A stretch of DNA of 64,000 nt from Camelus dromedarius (lineage: Eukaryota): the NCBI RefSeq assembly GCF_036321535.1, contig NC_087437.1:44890001-44954000 (forward strand). The letters are read 5' to 3'. Position numbers and translations under genes: made by a program. The notes under the pieces are model-generated. The model was not told the origin of the DNA, did not search any database, and was given only the letters and a program-made list of their open reading frames with translations. Shown piece by piece: positions 53,125 through 64,000 of this stretch (its first letter is position 1; every line of letters starts with the position of its first letter).

Positions 53125-54860
53125 GGTTTTATATTTTTATTGAAGTATAGTCAGTTTATAATGTTGTGTCAATTTATGGTGTACAGCACAACTCTTTAGT
53201 CATATAGGAACATACATATATTCATTTTCATATTCTTTTTCACCATAAGTCACTACAAGATATTGAATATAGTTCCCTGTGCTATACAGTATAAACTTCT
53301 TATCTATTTTATGTACATTAGTTACTAGTTTGAACTCCCAATTTATTCCTATCCACCCCATTTCCCCACTGGTGACCATAAGTTTGTTTTCTATGTCTGT
53401 GAGTCTGTTTCTGTGTCATAAGTAACTTTGTCTTTTTTTTTTTTTTTTTTTTTTTGATTCCACATATAAATGATACCATGTGGTATTTTTCTTTCTCTTT
53501 CTGGCTTACTTCACTTAGAATGATATTCTCCAGGTCCATCCACGTTGCTGCAAATGGCATTATTTTATTCTTTTTATGGTTGAGTAGTATTCCATTGTAT
53601 AAATATACCACATCTTCTTTATCCAGTCATCTGTTGATGGACATTTAGGTCATTTGCATAGCCTGGCTATTGTAAATAGTGCTGCTATGAATGTTGGGGT
53701 GCAGGTGTCTTTTTGAATTAGGGTTCCCTTTGGATATATATCTAGGAGTGGGATTGCTGAACCATGTGATAAGTCTATTTTTAGTCTTTTGAGGAAACTC
53801 CGTACTGTTTTCCATAATGGCTACACCAAACTGCATTCCCACCAATAGTGTAGGAGGGTTCCCTTCTTTCCACACCCTCTCCAGCATTTATCATTTGTGG
53901 ACTTCTGAATGATGGCCATTCTGTCTGTTGTGAGGTGTACCTCATTGTAGTTTTGACTTGCATTTCTCTGATAATTAGCAATATTGAGCATTTTTTCATG
54001 CACCTATTGGCCATTTATGTCTTCACTGGAGAATTGCTTGTTTAGGTCTTCTGCCCATTTTTGGATTGAGTTGTTTGTTTTTTCCTGATTAAGTTGTATG
54101 AGCTGTTTGTATATTCTGGAAATTAAGCCCTTGTCAGTCTCATCTTTTGCAAATATTTTCTCCCATTCCTGTAGGTTGACTTTTTGCTTTGCTTATGGTT
54201 TCCTTTGCTGTGCAGAAGCTTGTAAGTTTAATTAGGTCCCATGTGTTTATTTTTGCTTTTATTTCTATTGCTTGGGTAGATAGATCTAGGAAAGCACTGC
54301 TAAGATTTATGTCAGATAATGTTTTGCCTATGTCTTCTTGTAAGAGGTTTATAGTGTCTTGCCTTTTAAGTCTTTAAGCCATTTTGAGTTTACTTTTGCA
54401 TACGGTGTGAGGGAGTGTTCTAACTTCAATGATTTACATGCAGCTGTCCAGTTTTCCCAACACCATTTGCTGAAGAGACTGTCTTTACTGTATGTTCTTG
54501 CCTCCTTTCTCAAAGATTAATTGACCAAAAGTTTGTGGGTTTATTTCTGGGCTCTCTGTTCTGTTCCATTGATCCAGATGTCTGTTTTTGTATCAATACC
54601 ATGCTGTTTTGATTTACTGTAGCTCTGTAGTATTGTCTGAAGTCTGGAAGGGTTATTTGTTTAGCTTCCTTCTTTTTCTTCAGTAATGCTTGGGCAATTA
54701 TGAGTCTTTTGTGATTCCATATACATTTGAGGATTATTTGTTCTAATTATGTGAAAAATGTCCTGGATAATTTGATAGAGATTGCATTAAATCTGTAGAT
54801 TGCTTTGGGTAGTATGGCCATTTTAACATAGTTAATTCTTCCAATCCAGGAACATATGAT
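53125..54860 (-). mobile_element. 5'-truncated L1 (~1.7 kb)
   Basis: 3'UTR plus ORF2 C-terminus (IMPFAATWMDLENIILSEVSQ), collinear with 5.9-7.3 kb of the full-length copy. Confidence 0.93.
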
Positions 54861-56029
54861 AGAGATATATTGATAGAAGTATGAATGGAGAGAAGAAAAA
54901 AAATTTGTAACATTTGGAGGTAGAATCTATAAAACTTGTTGATAGATTAGATAGGAGTGTGAAGAAAAGGGGAGAAATCAAGAATTACAGGTTTCTCTCA
55001 TGAGCAATGGATTTTTAACAGTTATGATGTGGAGCAAATGAGTTTGGCTGTTTTCTAATAGGAGTTGTGCTGATTTCAGCTAAAATAATATGACATACAA
55101 GGTAAGAATACTTTTGGCAAAGCTCTTTAAATGGCTAAACAGTGCTGAGAAGAAATTCTGTTTGTATCAGCCTGGTTATATTTGGCTAATCCTAACGTAG
55201 ACTAAAAATTCACCTTGTCTTCTCTTTCCTATCCAGAAATAATTATGTGCAAATAGTAATCTGCTCTTTATACAATAATGTGAAATGGGAGGAAGCGTGG
55301 CCAAATATTTTTGGAAGGAACAGCCTTCAAATGTGCCAATTAAAGTGTCTCCAATTTTCTTATTGCTAATCATAGTAGGTCTTATTTTCTAATCAAAGCT
55401 TACATATGCTCCACCAGGGAGTTTGGAAGATACGCTAGCTCAACTAATTTTATATAATGTCAATTCAAAGTCAATAAAATTTAGCCTTGTCAGATACAAA
55501 AGTTTAGGAGGAAAGAAAATAACATGCATCAAAAATTAATATATGCAAATATGTATATTTTATATAGAATATATGCAAATTACATTTGTTCCCAATTTTC
55601 TCCTTTTCTCAACTATTAACTATGAAATTAACTAGATAGTTCTGAAAAAATTAGTAGACACTTTCTCAAAGCTGATTTATACTGCCAATTTTTCCTTTCT
55701 AAATAGAGAATAACTGGACATTGAAAATTAATCTAGAAAAATGTTTTACTCTATTTTTAATTATTAATTTGTGGAGGTTGATAAATACTATTCATTTTAT
55801 TTCAGAAAATGTTTGCTTTGTAGAAAGGTTTGATAATCTATAAAGTCAGAGTTCTTCAACCTTTTAAGGGATTAACAATTTAGAGTAGGTTTAGTCAAAT
55901 TTCAATTACCTCAGCTTATTGGTAAAAATTAGTAAAATTTATGAAATAAATGAATTAAATGGTAATCATAAAACTTTTGATTTAATTAGAGGAAGTATCA
56001 TTTATAAATTTTACTAAGTGTTTCATATA

Positions 56030-56199
56030 TAGTCATCCCTCCATATCCACAGGGGATTGGTTCCAGGACCCCATGGATAGCAAAATTCATGAATGCTCAA
56101 GTCTCTTATGTAAAATGCATGTATATTCGCATATAATAGTATAATCCATGGTTGGTTGAGTTCATGGATGCAGAACCCACAGATATGGAGGGCCAACCA
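56030..56199. mobile_element. Internally deleted MER2 (Tigger/TcMar MITE)
   Basis: Imperfect terminal inverted repeats tagtcatccctccatatccacaggg / cccacagatatggagggccaacca, flanked by TA. Confidence 0.82.
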
Positions 56200-56217
56200 T
56201 ATAAGGCATAAGCTAAG

Positions 56218-56627
56218 TTTACTAGTTTCCTGTGGCTGTCATAACAAATTACCAAAAACTTGGCTTAAAACAGAAGTCTGTTCTCTCAAAGGTCTGAGAG
56301 CAAAGTGTCAGCAGGACCACTCTCTCCTCGGAGGCTCTAGGGGAGAGTCCCTTCTGTGTGCCTTTTCCAGTAGATGCCTGCATCCCCTTGTTTGTGGCTG
56401 TATCATGGCAATCTCTACCTCACTTTCCTTCTTCTCTCATTTAAGTACTCTCCCTCCACCTCTTTTTTTATAAGGATTCTCGTGAATGAACTTAGGGCCC
56501 ATCCAGATAAAACAGGATGACCTTTCTGTCAAGATTCTTAACCACGTCTGCAAAGACAGTTAACATTTACAGGTCCCAGGGATTGGAGTGGGGACATCCC
56601 TTTGGGGTCACTCTTCAGCCTACTATA
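56218..56627 (-). mobile_element. MLT1B/C-like MaLR solo LTR
   Basis: tagtttcctgtggctgtcataacaaattacca...ggctctaggggaga...tctgcaaagac...ttcagcctactata. Confidence 0.85.
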
Positions 56628-56679
56628 CCAAACAATGTAAGGGAGGTGAGTGTGGATTAGACAGTAACCTCATTTTCAC

Positions 56680-57810
56680 AGATGTGCCATTATTGAACGT
56701 TTAGTCTTTCAATCCCATTCTGTTTACTATGCTATGAACCTGAGGGTGGGACACTACCAACCACATTTCTGCTTGGCCATAAGCAGCTCACTTCCCATAA
56801 GATTCCATCATGGGAGGCACTGAAGGAGGAAGAGAGGCTGCTTCCTGTTTGCATTTTGTCACTGTTTTTGCTTGCTTTTTCCTTTATTGCCCCTTTAGCA
56901 ATCCTTCTTCACCGAGGTAGTGATAGTTCACTTGGTAGCAGGAGTTAATTCGTTTTTAATTTTAAAAATGTTTTTATTGAAGTATGGTCCAGTTTACAAT
57001 GTTGTGTCTATTTCTAGTATACAGCATAATAGTTCAGTCATACATGTACTGCTTTTCATACTCTTTTTCATTAGAGGTTACTACAAGATATTGAATATAG
57101 TTCCCTGTGCTATACTGTAGAAACTTGTTGTTCATCTATTTTATATATAGTAAAATCTTGTCTTGTCTTTCTTTTTTTTTAGATTCCACATATAAGTGAT
57201 ATCACAGGGTATTTTTCTTTCTCTTTCTGGCTTACTTCACTTAGAATGATGATCTCTAGATCTATCCATGTTGCTGCAAATGGCATTATCTTATTCTTTT
57301 TTGTGGCTGAGTAGTACTCCATTGTATAAATATACTACAACCTCTTTATCCAGTCACCTGTTGATGGACACTTAGGTTGTTTCCATGTCTTGGCTATTGT
57401 AAATAGGGTTGCAATGAACGTTGGGGTGCATGTATCTTTTTGAATTAAGGTTCCCTCTGGATAAATGCCCAGGAGTGGGATTGCTGGATTGTAAGGTAAG
57501 TCTATTTTCAGTCTTTTGAGGAATCTCCATACTGTTTTCCATAATAGCTGCACCAAACTACACTTTTTTCAACATTAGCTGAACCAACCTCATGAGAGAC
57601 ACCAGCTGTCTAGAATCCCTTCCTCAAGAGGTCTGGGTCGCAGTTTCACAGGGTCCCATTTCTGAGCTCAGAAATATTAATAATAGCCAAGAAGTAATCC
57701 CTGTTCCAAGGTCTCAGTTTCAGTAGGCACACCTTCAAGCTTCTAAGATTTAATAGTTCCACCCTTTCCATTGCCCAGCCCTAGGGATAGCAATCCCTTC
57801 TTAGTGTTTC
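56680..57810. mobile_element. LTR33-like ERVL LTR split by an L1 insertion
   Basis: LTR33-like motifs on both sides of the L1 (gctgcttcctgtttg; cagaggtctgggtc-like; cccagccctaggg). Confidence 0.55.
56953..57562 (-). mobile_element. 5'-truncated L1 (~0.6 kb)
   Basis: 3'UTR plus ORF2 tail [17 protein letters not shown]...WKQPKCPS. Confidence 0.9.
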
Positions 57811-59369
57811 CTCTGTCCTTATAATCTAAAACAGATACAAAATAACCTTCCAAAAAACCCTGTCAAATAAGGCTAAAAGTAGTAAACAAATAGAATTACA
57901 GTGCTTGGGAGGAGTGAGAGGTTTGGTTTTGTTTTCTTAAGCTGGGTAGGATCCAGGCAGGCATCATGAGGGAGGTACTTCCATACGGTCTCACAAATTA
58001 GTGGAGACATTGATCTGTAAGAGATGAGAATAGAAGGGCATTTCTCAAGAAAAGCTTTCTAAAACATATCAGTTTATGTTTCTCAAAATCTACTTAATAT
58101 CTAGCATTCCACTGCAATTGAAAGTCCTCAAAGTTATGCATTCTCTTGTAATGTTACAAAGCCGTTACAAGCATGTGTCCCTATGACTAAAGTACTACAG
58201 ATGATCTGCTGGTGGAAACTAGAAAATTGAATGTATAGTTCAGTGTTTTGGTATTTCTCTTTTTTATGCGTCTGGTTTTTATTGGTTACTTCTAATCGAT
58301 GTTATTGTCTCTAGCTGCCACAATCTTCTGGTTACTGCCTCAGTTACTCAGAATTATTCCACCACCCTCCATAGACAGTCTGTTGGGCTTTGTGAAAGTC
58401 ATCTGCCTGCCCTGATGCTGTTTTAGTTTATTTTAGCTTGAATGCGGTGTTCTGGAAGCATGACCTCAGAGTAAGTAGGGGTATTACTCTATATAAACAA
58501 ACATCCCTGTCTCAGTTTTCCCTTTCTAGAATAGGAGGGTACAATTTTTACTTTCCATGTAGGCCAGAGATACTCATCCTGTAGCAACAATAATCAGAAA
58601 GAAGTTTGCTGAAAAACCTTTGAGATTTAAATTTACAGACTTTCAAGGCCAGTATCTAAAGTTCCCTAAAATGAGCCCATATTATAGGATCATAAATAAG
58701 AGACCTGAGGATAAGCAGTAGCCATTTGACACTGATGGAAAAGTGATGTGTTTAACATCAGTGAATTTGGTCAGGAAGGTTGACTGAATTTGAGGCTGTT
58801 GAGGCCAACTATATATCTGTCTCCTCTGTGGAACATATGTGGTTTACTGTGTCCATATAGTCTCTTTCCAGAGATTGTAAATTATATTATTTACAGACTC
58901 TTGATGGTCAAAACACAGTTGGAGCTTGAAGGTCAAGGCAGAAAACTGCATCCTAAATTCCTGTTTATCAGTGATGTATGGTACATAGAGCAGCACACTT
59001 TGTGCTGCTACAATTAAAGATCTGTCAACATTTCTAACATATGCCATTATTTCAGGGTTTGATAATGTGCTCATTTATCCTTGCTCTTTCTTGAATTATG
59101 TGATGCAAGGCCTCAGCTGTGGGAGGACATCTTCAGGTTGTTTCAACAAGATTGTAAGATGTTTATTTGTTGGGGTTTTTTTCTTTTAGCTATTAAAATG
59201 CTAAACAATGAAAGTTAGGATAAGCTAGCTTTTACCAGTCTTGTATGTCAAAAACAGCATCTGTATATAGGCCACATCTTTTCTAGCCTCAAATTCTTTA
59301 ACATTCATGTAAGTAAAGTTATTTCAGATGTCAGCTAATTACTTACTTATACTTCAGTAAAACATAAGC

Positions 59370-60981
59370 TTTTAAGAAAATGAGTATATTTGATTAACAA
59401 TGTTTCAGGTGTAAAGTGAACCAGTTATACACACACACTCTTTCAGATTCTTTCCCATTATAGGTTATTACAAGATACTGAATATGGTTCCCTGTGCTAT
59501 TCAGTAGGTCCTTGTTCATCTATTTTATATATGATAATGTGTGTCTGTTAATCCCAAATCCCTAACGTATCCCTCCCCCCTTTTCCCCTGTGGTAACCAT
59601 AAATTTTCTACGTCTGTGAGTCTAGTTTGTAAATAAATGCCTTTCTATCACTCTTTTAGATTCCAAATATAAGATACTTGTCTTTGACTTACTTCATTTA
59701 GTGTAATAATCTCCAGGTCCATGCATGCTGCTACAAATGGCATTATTTCATTCTTTCTGCGGCTGAGTAATAGTCCATTGTGTGTGTATATGTATATGCG
59801 TATGTATGTGTATATATATATAATCTCCATCTTCTTTATCCAGTCATTTGTCAATAGACATGTAGGTTCCTTCCATGTCTTAGCTATTGTAAAGTGCTGC
59901 TATGAACATTGGGGTGCATGTATCTTTTTGAATTAAGGTTCCCTCTGGATATTTGCCCAGGAGTGGGATTGCTGGATTGTAAGGTAAGTCTATTTTTAGT
60001 CTTTTGAGGAATCTCCATACTGTTCTCCGTAGTAGCTGCACCAATTTATATCCCTAACAACAATGTATGTAGGAGAGTTCCCTTTTCTCCACATCCTCTC
60101 CAGTATATATTGTTTGTGGATTTTTTTAATGATGGCCATTCTGATCTATGTGAGGTGATATCTAATTGTAATTAATTCTGATTTGCATTTCAGTGATGTT
60201 GAACATCTTTTCATGTGCCTGTTGGCCATCTGTGTGTTTTCTTTGGAGAAATGTCTGTTTAGGTATTCTACCCATTTTTTGGATTAGGTTGTTTATATAT
60301 TTATGGAAATTAATCCCTTGTTGGTCTCACTGTTTGCAAATGTTGTCTTTTCCCATTTTGTAGGTTGTCGTTTTGCTGATGGTTTCCTTTGTTGCAAAAG
60401 CTTTTAAGCTTAATTAGGTCCCATTTGTGTATTTTTGCTTTTGTTTCTATTACTCTAGAAGATGAATCCAAAAAAAATATTGCTGTGATTTGTGTCAAAG
60501 AGTGTTCTGCCTATGTTTTTTGTCTAGGAGTTTTATAGTATGTTGTCTTTACATTTAGGTCTTTAATCCATTTTGAATTTTTTTTCTGTATATGGTATTA
60601 GAGAATGTTCTAATTTCATTCTTTTATATGTAACTGTCCAGTTTTCCCAGCAGTACTTATCAAAGAGACTGTCTTTTCTCCACCATATATTCTTGCCTCT
60701 TTGTCATAGGTTAATTGACTGGTAAGTGTGTGGGTTTATTTCTGAGTTTTTATGCTGTTCCATTGATCTGGAAGAAGATGTGGTAAATATATACATTTAG
60801 TGGAATATTACTCAGTCATAAAAGAGAATAATTCCATAGTAGTCTGAAGCCAGGAAGCATAATTCCTCCAGCTCCAGCCTTCTTACTCAAAATTTTTTTC
60901 TATGTTCTAGTTCTGTGAAAAAATGCCATTGGTAACTGATATAAATTGCATTGAATCTGTAGATTACCTTGGGTAGTATGA
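59370..60981 (-). mobile_element. 5'-truncated L1 (~1.6 kb) with a short inverted internal filler
   Basis: 3'UTR and ORF2 C-terminus are collinear with the other copies except at 60770-60835. Confidence 0.9.
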
Positions 60982-61689
60982 TCAGGAGTCTTTTTAAATA
61001 ATCATTTCTTAAATGTATGGCTTCTTCCTACTCTCTTATCACATATCAATACACAGCCTAACAACACAGTAAAGCAGAAGTAAGTTTAAATCATTGGTTT
61101 TGTTCATAGGGAAAGAAAAACAATGTGATCTGAACCTATTTAGCCACAGGTTGCTAGTGGCTACCATACTTATAACTTGAAATGTAGTTAGTCCAAATTG
61201 AGATATTAAAGTATACAATAGATTTTAAGACTTTCTGAGAAAAAAATGAAGTGAAAAATATCACATTAATTTTATTATATTTACCTAACTTGGTTTTTTT
61301 TTTTCTTTAGTTAAAGGTAGCTAAATGAAAAATTACGTAAGTGCCTTAGAGTCCTACTTAACAATGGTATGCTAGATGTTCCCAATGACCCTGCAGCTTT
61401 TCTCATAGTTGAAATATACAATTGACTCAAACTGATTCAGAGCAAGGTGGTTTAATACAACTTCCGAGAGTAGTAAGACCTAATTTTAATCATTTCTCTC
61501 TCCAATCGACCATTTTGGTGATGCTGTTGCTGGTGCATGTGATGGTGGATGAAAATTTAGAACTAAGAAGACTAAATATTAGGGACCACAGGAGCATATG
61601 AGATATTAAGCAAAACAAAACTCAGAAAAATCTCAAAATATTTTAGTTGAATGTAAATTTACTCATCTGTGATGCTTAATAAGAGAGAA

Positions 61690-62529
61690 TGGCTTATATG
61701 ACATTCTCCAGGTCCATCCACGTTGCTGCAAATGGCATTATTTTATTCTTTCTTATGACTAAGGGGGGGGGGTGCATGTATCTCTTTCAATTAAGGTTCC
61801 CTCTGGATATATGCCCAAGAGTGGGTCTGGCGGATCATATGTTAAGTCTGTTTTTTGTCTTTTGAGGAATCTCCATACTGTTTTCCATAACAGCTGCACA
61901 AAACTGCATTCCCACCAACAGTGTAGGAGGGTTCCCTTTTCTCCACAGCCTCTCCAGCATTTATCATTTGTGGACTTCTGAATGATGGCCATTCTGACTG
62001 GTGTGAGGTGATACCTCATTGTAGTTTTGATTTGCATTTCTCTGATAAGTAGTGATACTGAGCATTTTTTCATGTGCCTATTGGCCATTTATATATTCTG
62101 GGAATTAAGCCCTCATCTTTTGTAAACATTTTCTCCTATTCCTGTAGGTTGTCTTTTTATTTTGCTTATGGTTTCCTTTGCTATGCAAAAGCTTCTAAGT
62201 TTAATTAGGTCCCATGTGTTTGTTTTTGCTTTTATTTCTATTGCTTGGGTAGATTATCTGACATAAATCTCAGCAATGTTCTCGTAGGGCAATGTTTTCT
62301 TGTAAGAGGTTTATAGTGTCTTGCCTTTTGCTTAAGTCTTTAAGACATTTTGAGTTTACTTCTGCATATTTTGCACATAGTGGGAGGAAGTGTTCTAACT
62401 TCATTGGCTTACATGCAGCTGTCCAGTTTTCCCAACACCACATGCTGCAGTATGTTCTTGCCTCCTTTGTCAAAGATTAATTGACCAAAAGTTTGTGGGT
62501 TTATTTCTGGGCTCTCTATTCTGTTCCAT
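61690..62529 (-). mobile_element. Heavily rearranged L1 ORF2 fragment with no 3'UTR or polyA
   Basis: ORF 61759-62088 is ORF2 C-terminal sequence (HCWWEC); it carries multiple deletions and a micro-inversion. Confidence 0.9.
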
Positions 62530-63915
62530 ATTTTTCAAAACTGGAGTATAGTTGATGTACAATATTGTATCTTACAAATATACAATATAGTGATTCATAA
62601 TTTTAAAGGTTATACTCCATTTATAGTTTTTTTATAAAATATTGGCTGTAGTCCCCTGTTGTACAGTACATCCTTGTAGCTTATTTTATACCTGATAGTT
62701 TGTACCTCTGAATTCTCCACCTCTGTCTTACCCCTCCCTGTCAGTCTCTTTCATTTCTGTTATATTCACTAGTTTGTTGTATTTTTTTAGATTCCACATG
62801 TTAAGTGATATCTTATAGTATTTGTCTTTGTCTGACTTACTTCACTTACCATAATGCCCACCAAGGCCATCCATGATGTACACCAGAAACTAATATAACA
62901 TTTATTAGGAAAATGCAAATCAAAATCATGAGACCCATCTCACACTTGTCAGAATGGCCCTCATCAAAAAGAACACAAATAACAAATGTTGAAATGTTTG
63001 CAAGGATGTGGAGAACAGGGAACCTTTGTACACTGTTGGTGGGAATTGGTGTAGCCACTATGGAAAACAATATGGAGGTTTTTCAAAAGCCCCAAAACAG
63101 AACCACCACATGGCCCAGTGTACAGTCTGGCCTGAGTTTGTGGCTTCCTTCCATGTGATTTGGGATTGTTTTCTTATTTCTGGTCTCTGCCCCTGGTAGA
63201 TGAGGCTGAATTAGAGTCTTATGCAGGTTTCCTGGACCTCTGGTGGGTAGGGCCTGTCTAGAGGCATTGGTGGCTCAGGAAGTCTGCCAATGGGTAGGGC
63301 TGTGTTCCCACCCAGTATGTTGTATGCTGTTGGTCCTGAGGCTTCCCAGCCCTAAAGGTTAGAGGCTGTTGGATGGGGCTAGGTCTTGGTGCTAATTATT
63401 TAATCAAGATGTTAGCCTCCAGGAAAGCTCATGTAGATGGAACACTCCTGGAATGTCCACCACCAGCTTTTATGTCCTCTAGGTGAGCAGCAGCCATCCC
63501 CTACCTCCTCAGAACACTTCCAAAACCAGCAGGCAGGTCTGGCCCAGCTTCCTACGAAATCACTGCCTCAGCCCTTGGCACATGCAAGATCCTATGTATA
63601 CTTCTCAAGAGATTGAAGCCTCTGTTTCCCCCAGTCCCGTGGGGCTCCTGGAGTTAAACCCGACTGGCCTTCAAAACCAGGTGTCCTGGGGTTTCCGACT
63701 CTCACTCCTGTGGGAGGGCCTCTGCGACTTATTCTTCAGCTTGTGGGTTGCCCACCCAGCAGGTAATGGGGCCTGATTATATTGTAAGCATGCCCTTCCT
63801 ACCATCTCCCTGTAGGTCCCTCTTTATGTTTCCAGTTGACATTGATTGTTTAGTCACAAGGAGAGGTGAGCTCGTGGTCCTACTACTACTTTGTTGCTAT
63901 CTTGACCAGAAATCC
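62530..63915 (-). mobile_element. Composite L1: 3'UTR (-), inverted ORF2 piece (+, ~62880-63118), 5'UTR (-)
   Basis: 62530-62880 is an L1 3' end; the + strand ORF reads MQIKIMRPISH; 63120-63915 ends in the L1 5'-terminal motif gagaggtgagctc...ctac...atcttg, also seen at 12623-12661. Confidence 0.78.
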
Positions 63916-64000
63916 ACCTCTGTTTTTGATCCTTTCTTCCCTTACCTCCTAACCTTGCTCCATCAAGTTTCACAAGTATTCTGCATACTTAGTCTTGGTT

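Noticed and set aside
1..64000. CRISPR array, operon, retron or other novel multi-gene system
   Set aside because: There is no regular repeat-spacer array or dense coding region. The only reverse transcriptase is ordinary L1 ORF2, and the window is a mammalian intron landscape.

Overview
This window is mammalian nuclear DNA, probably from a camelid, judging by a Vic-1-like tRNA-derived SINE at ~42.0-42.1 kb. It lies inside the large gene NAALADL2 on the + strand. Two canonical internal coding exons are present (26764-26857 and 40024-40222; probably exons 12 and 13 of 14 by analogy with human), and they splice in frame. The rest is intron, dominated by transposable elements. The main element is a young, full-length (~7.1 kb) antisense LINE-1 with a perfect 16-bp TSD, inactivated by several identifiable lesions. 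There are also many truncated or rearranged L1 copies, L2, L3/CR1, MIR, MaLR/ERVL solo LTRs and DNA-transposon MITEs. I see no prokaryote-type system (CRISPR, operon) and no new protein-coding gene. The best leads are: a candidate cryptic exon in the antisense L1 5'UTR that is in sense with NAALADL2; splice and polyA signals in the long L1 inter-ORF spacer; several L1 rearrangement scars (a micro-inversion, an inverted filler, fused convergent 5' halves); and CpG/GC enrichment of the NAALADL2 exons. Repeat subfamily names and the boundaries of old repeats were judged by eye and are approximate.
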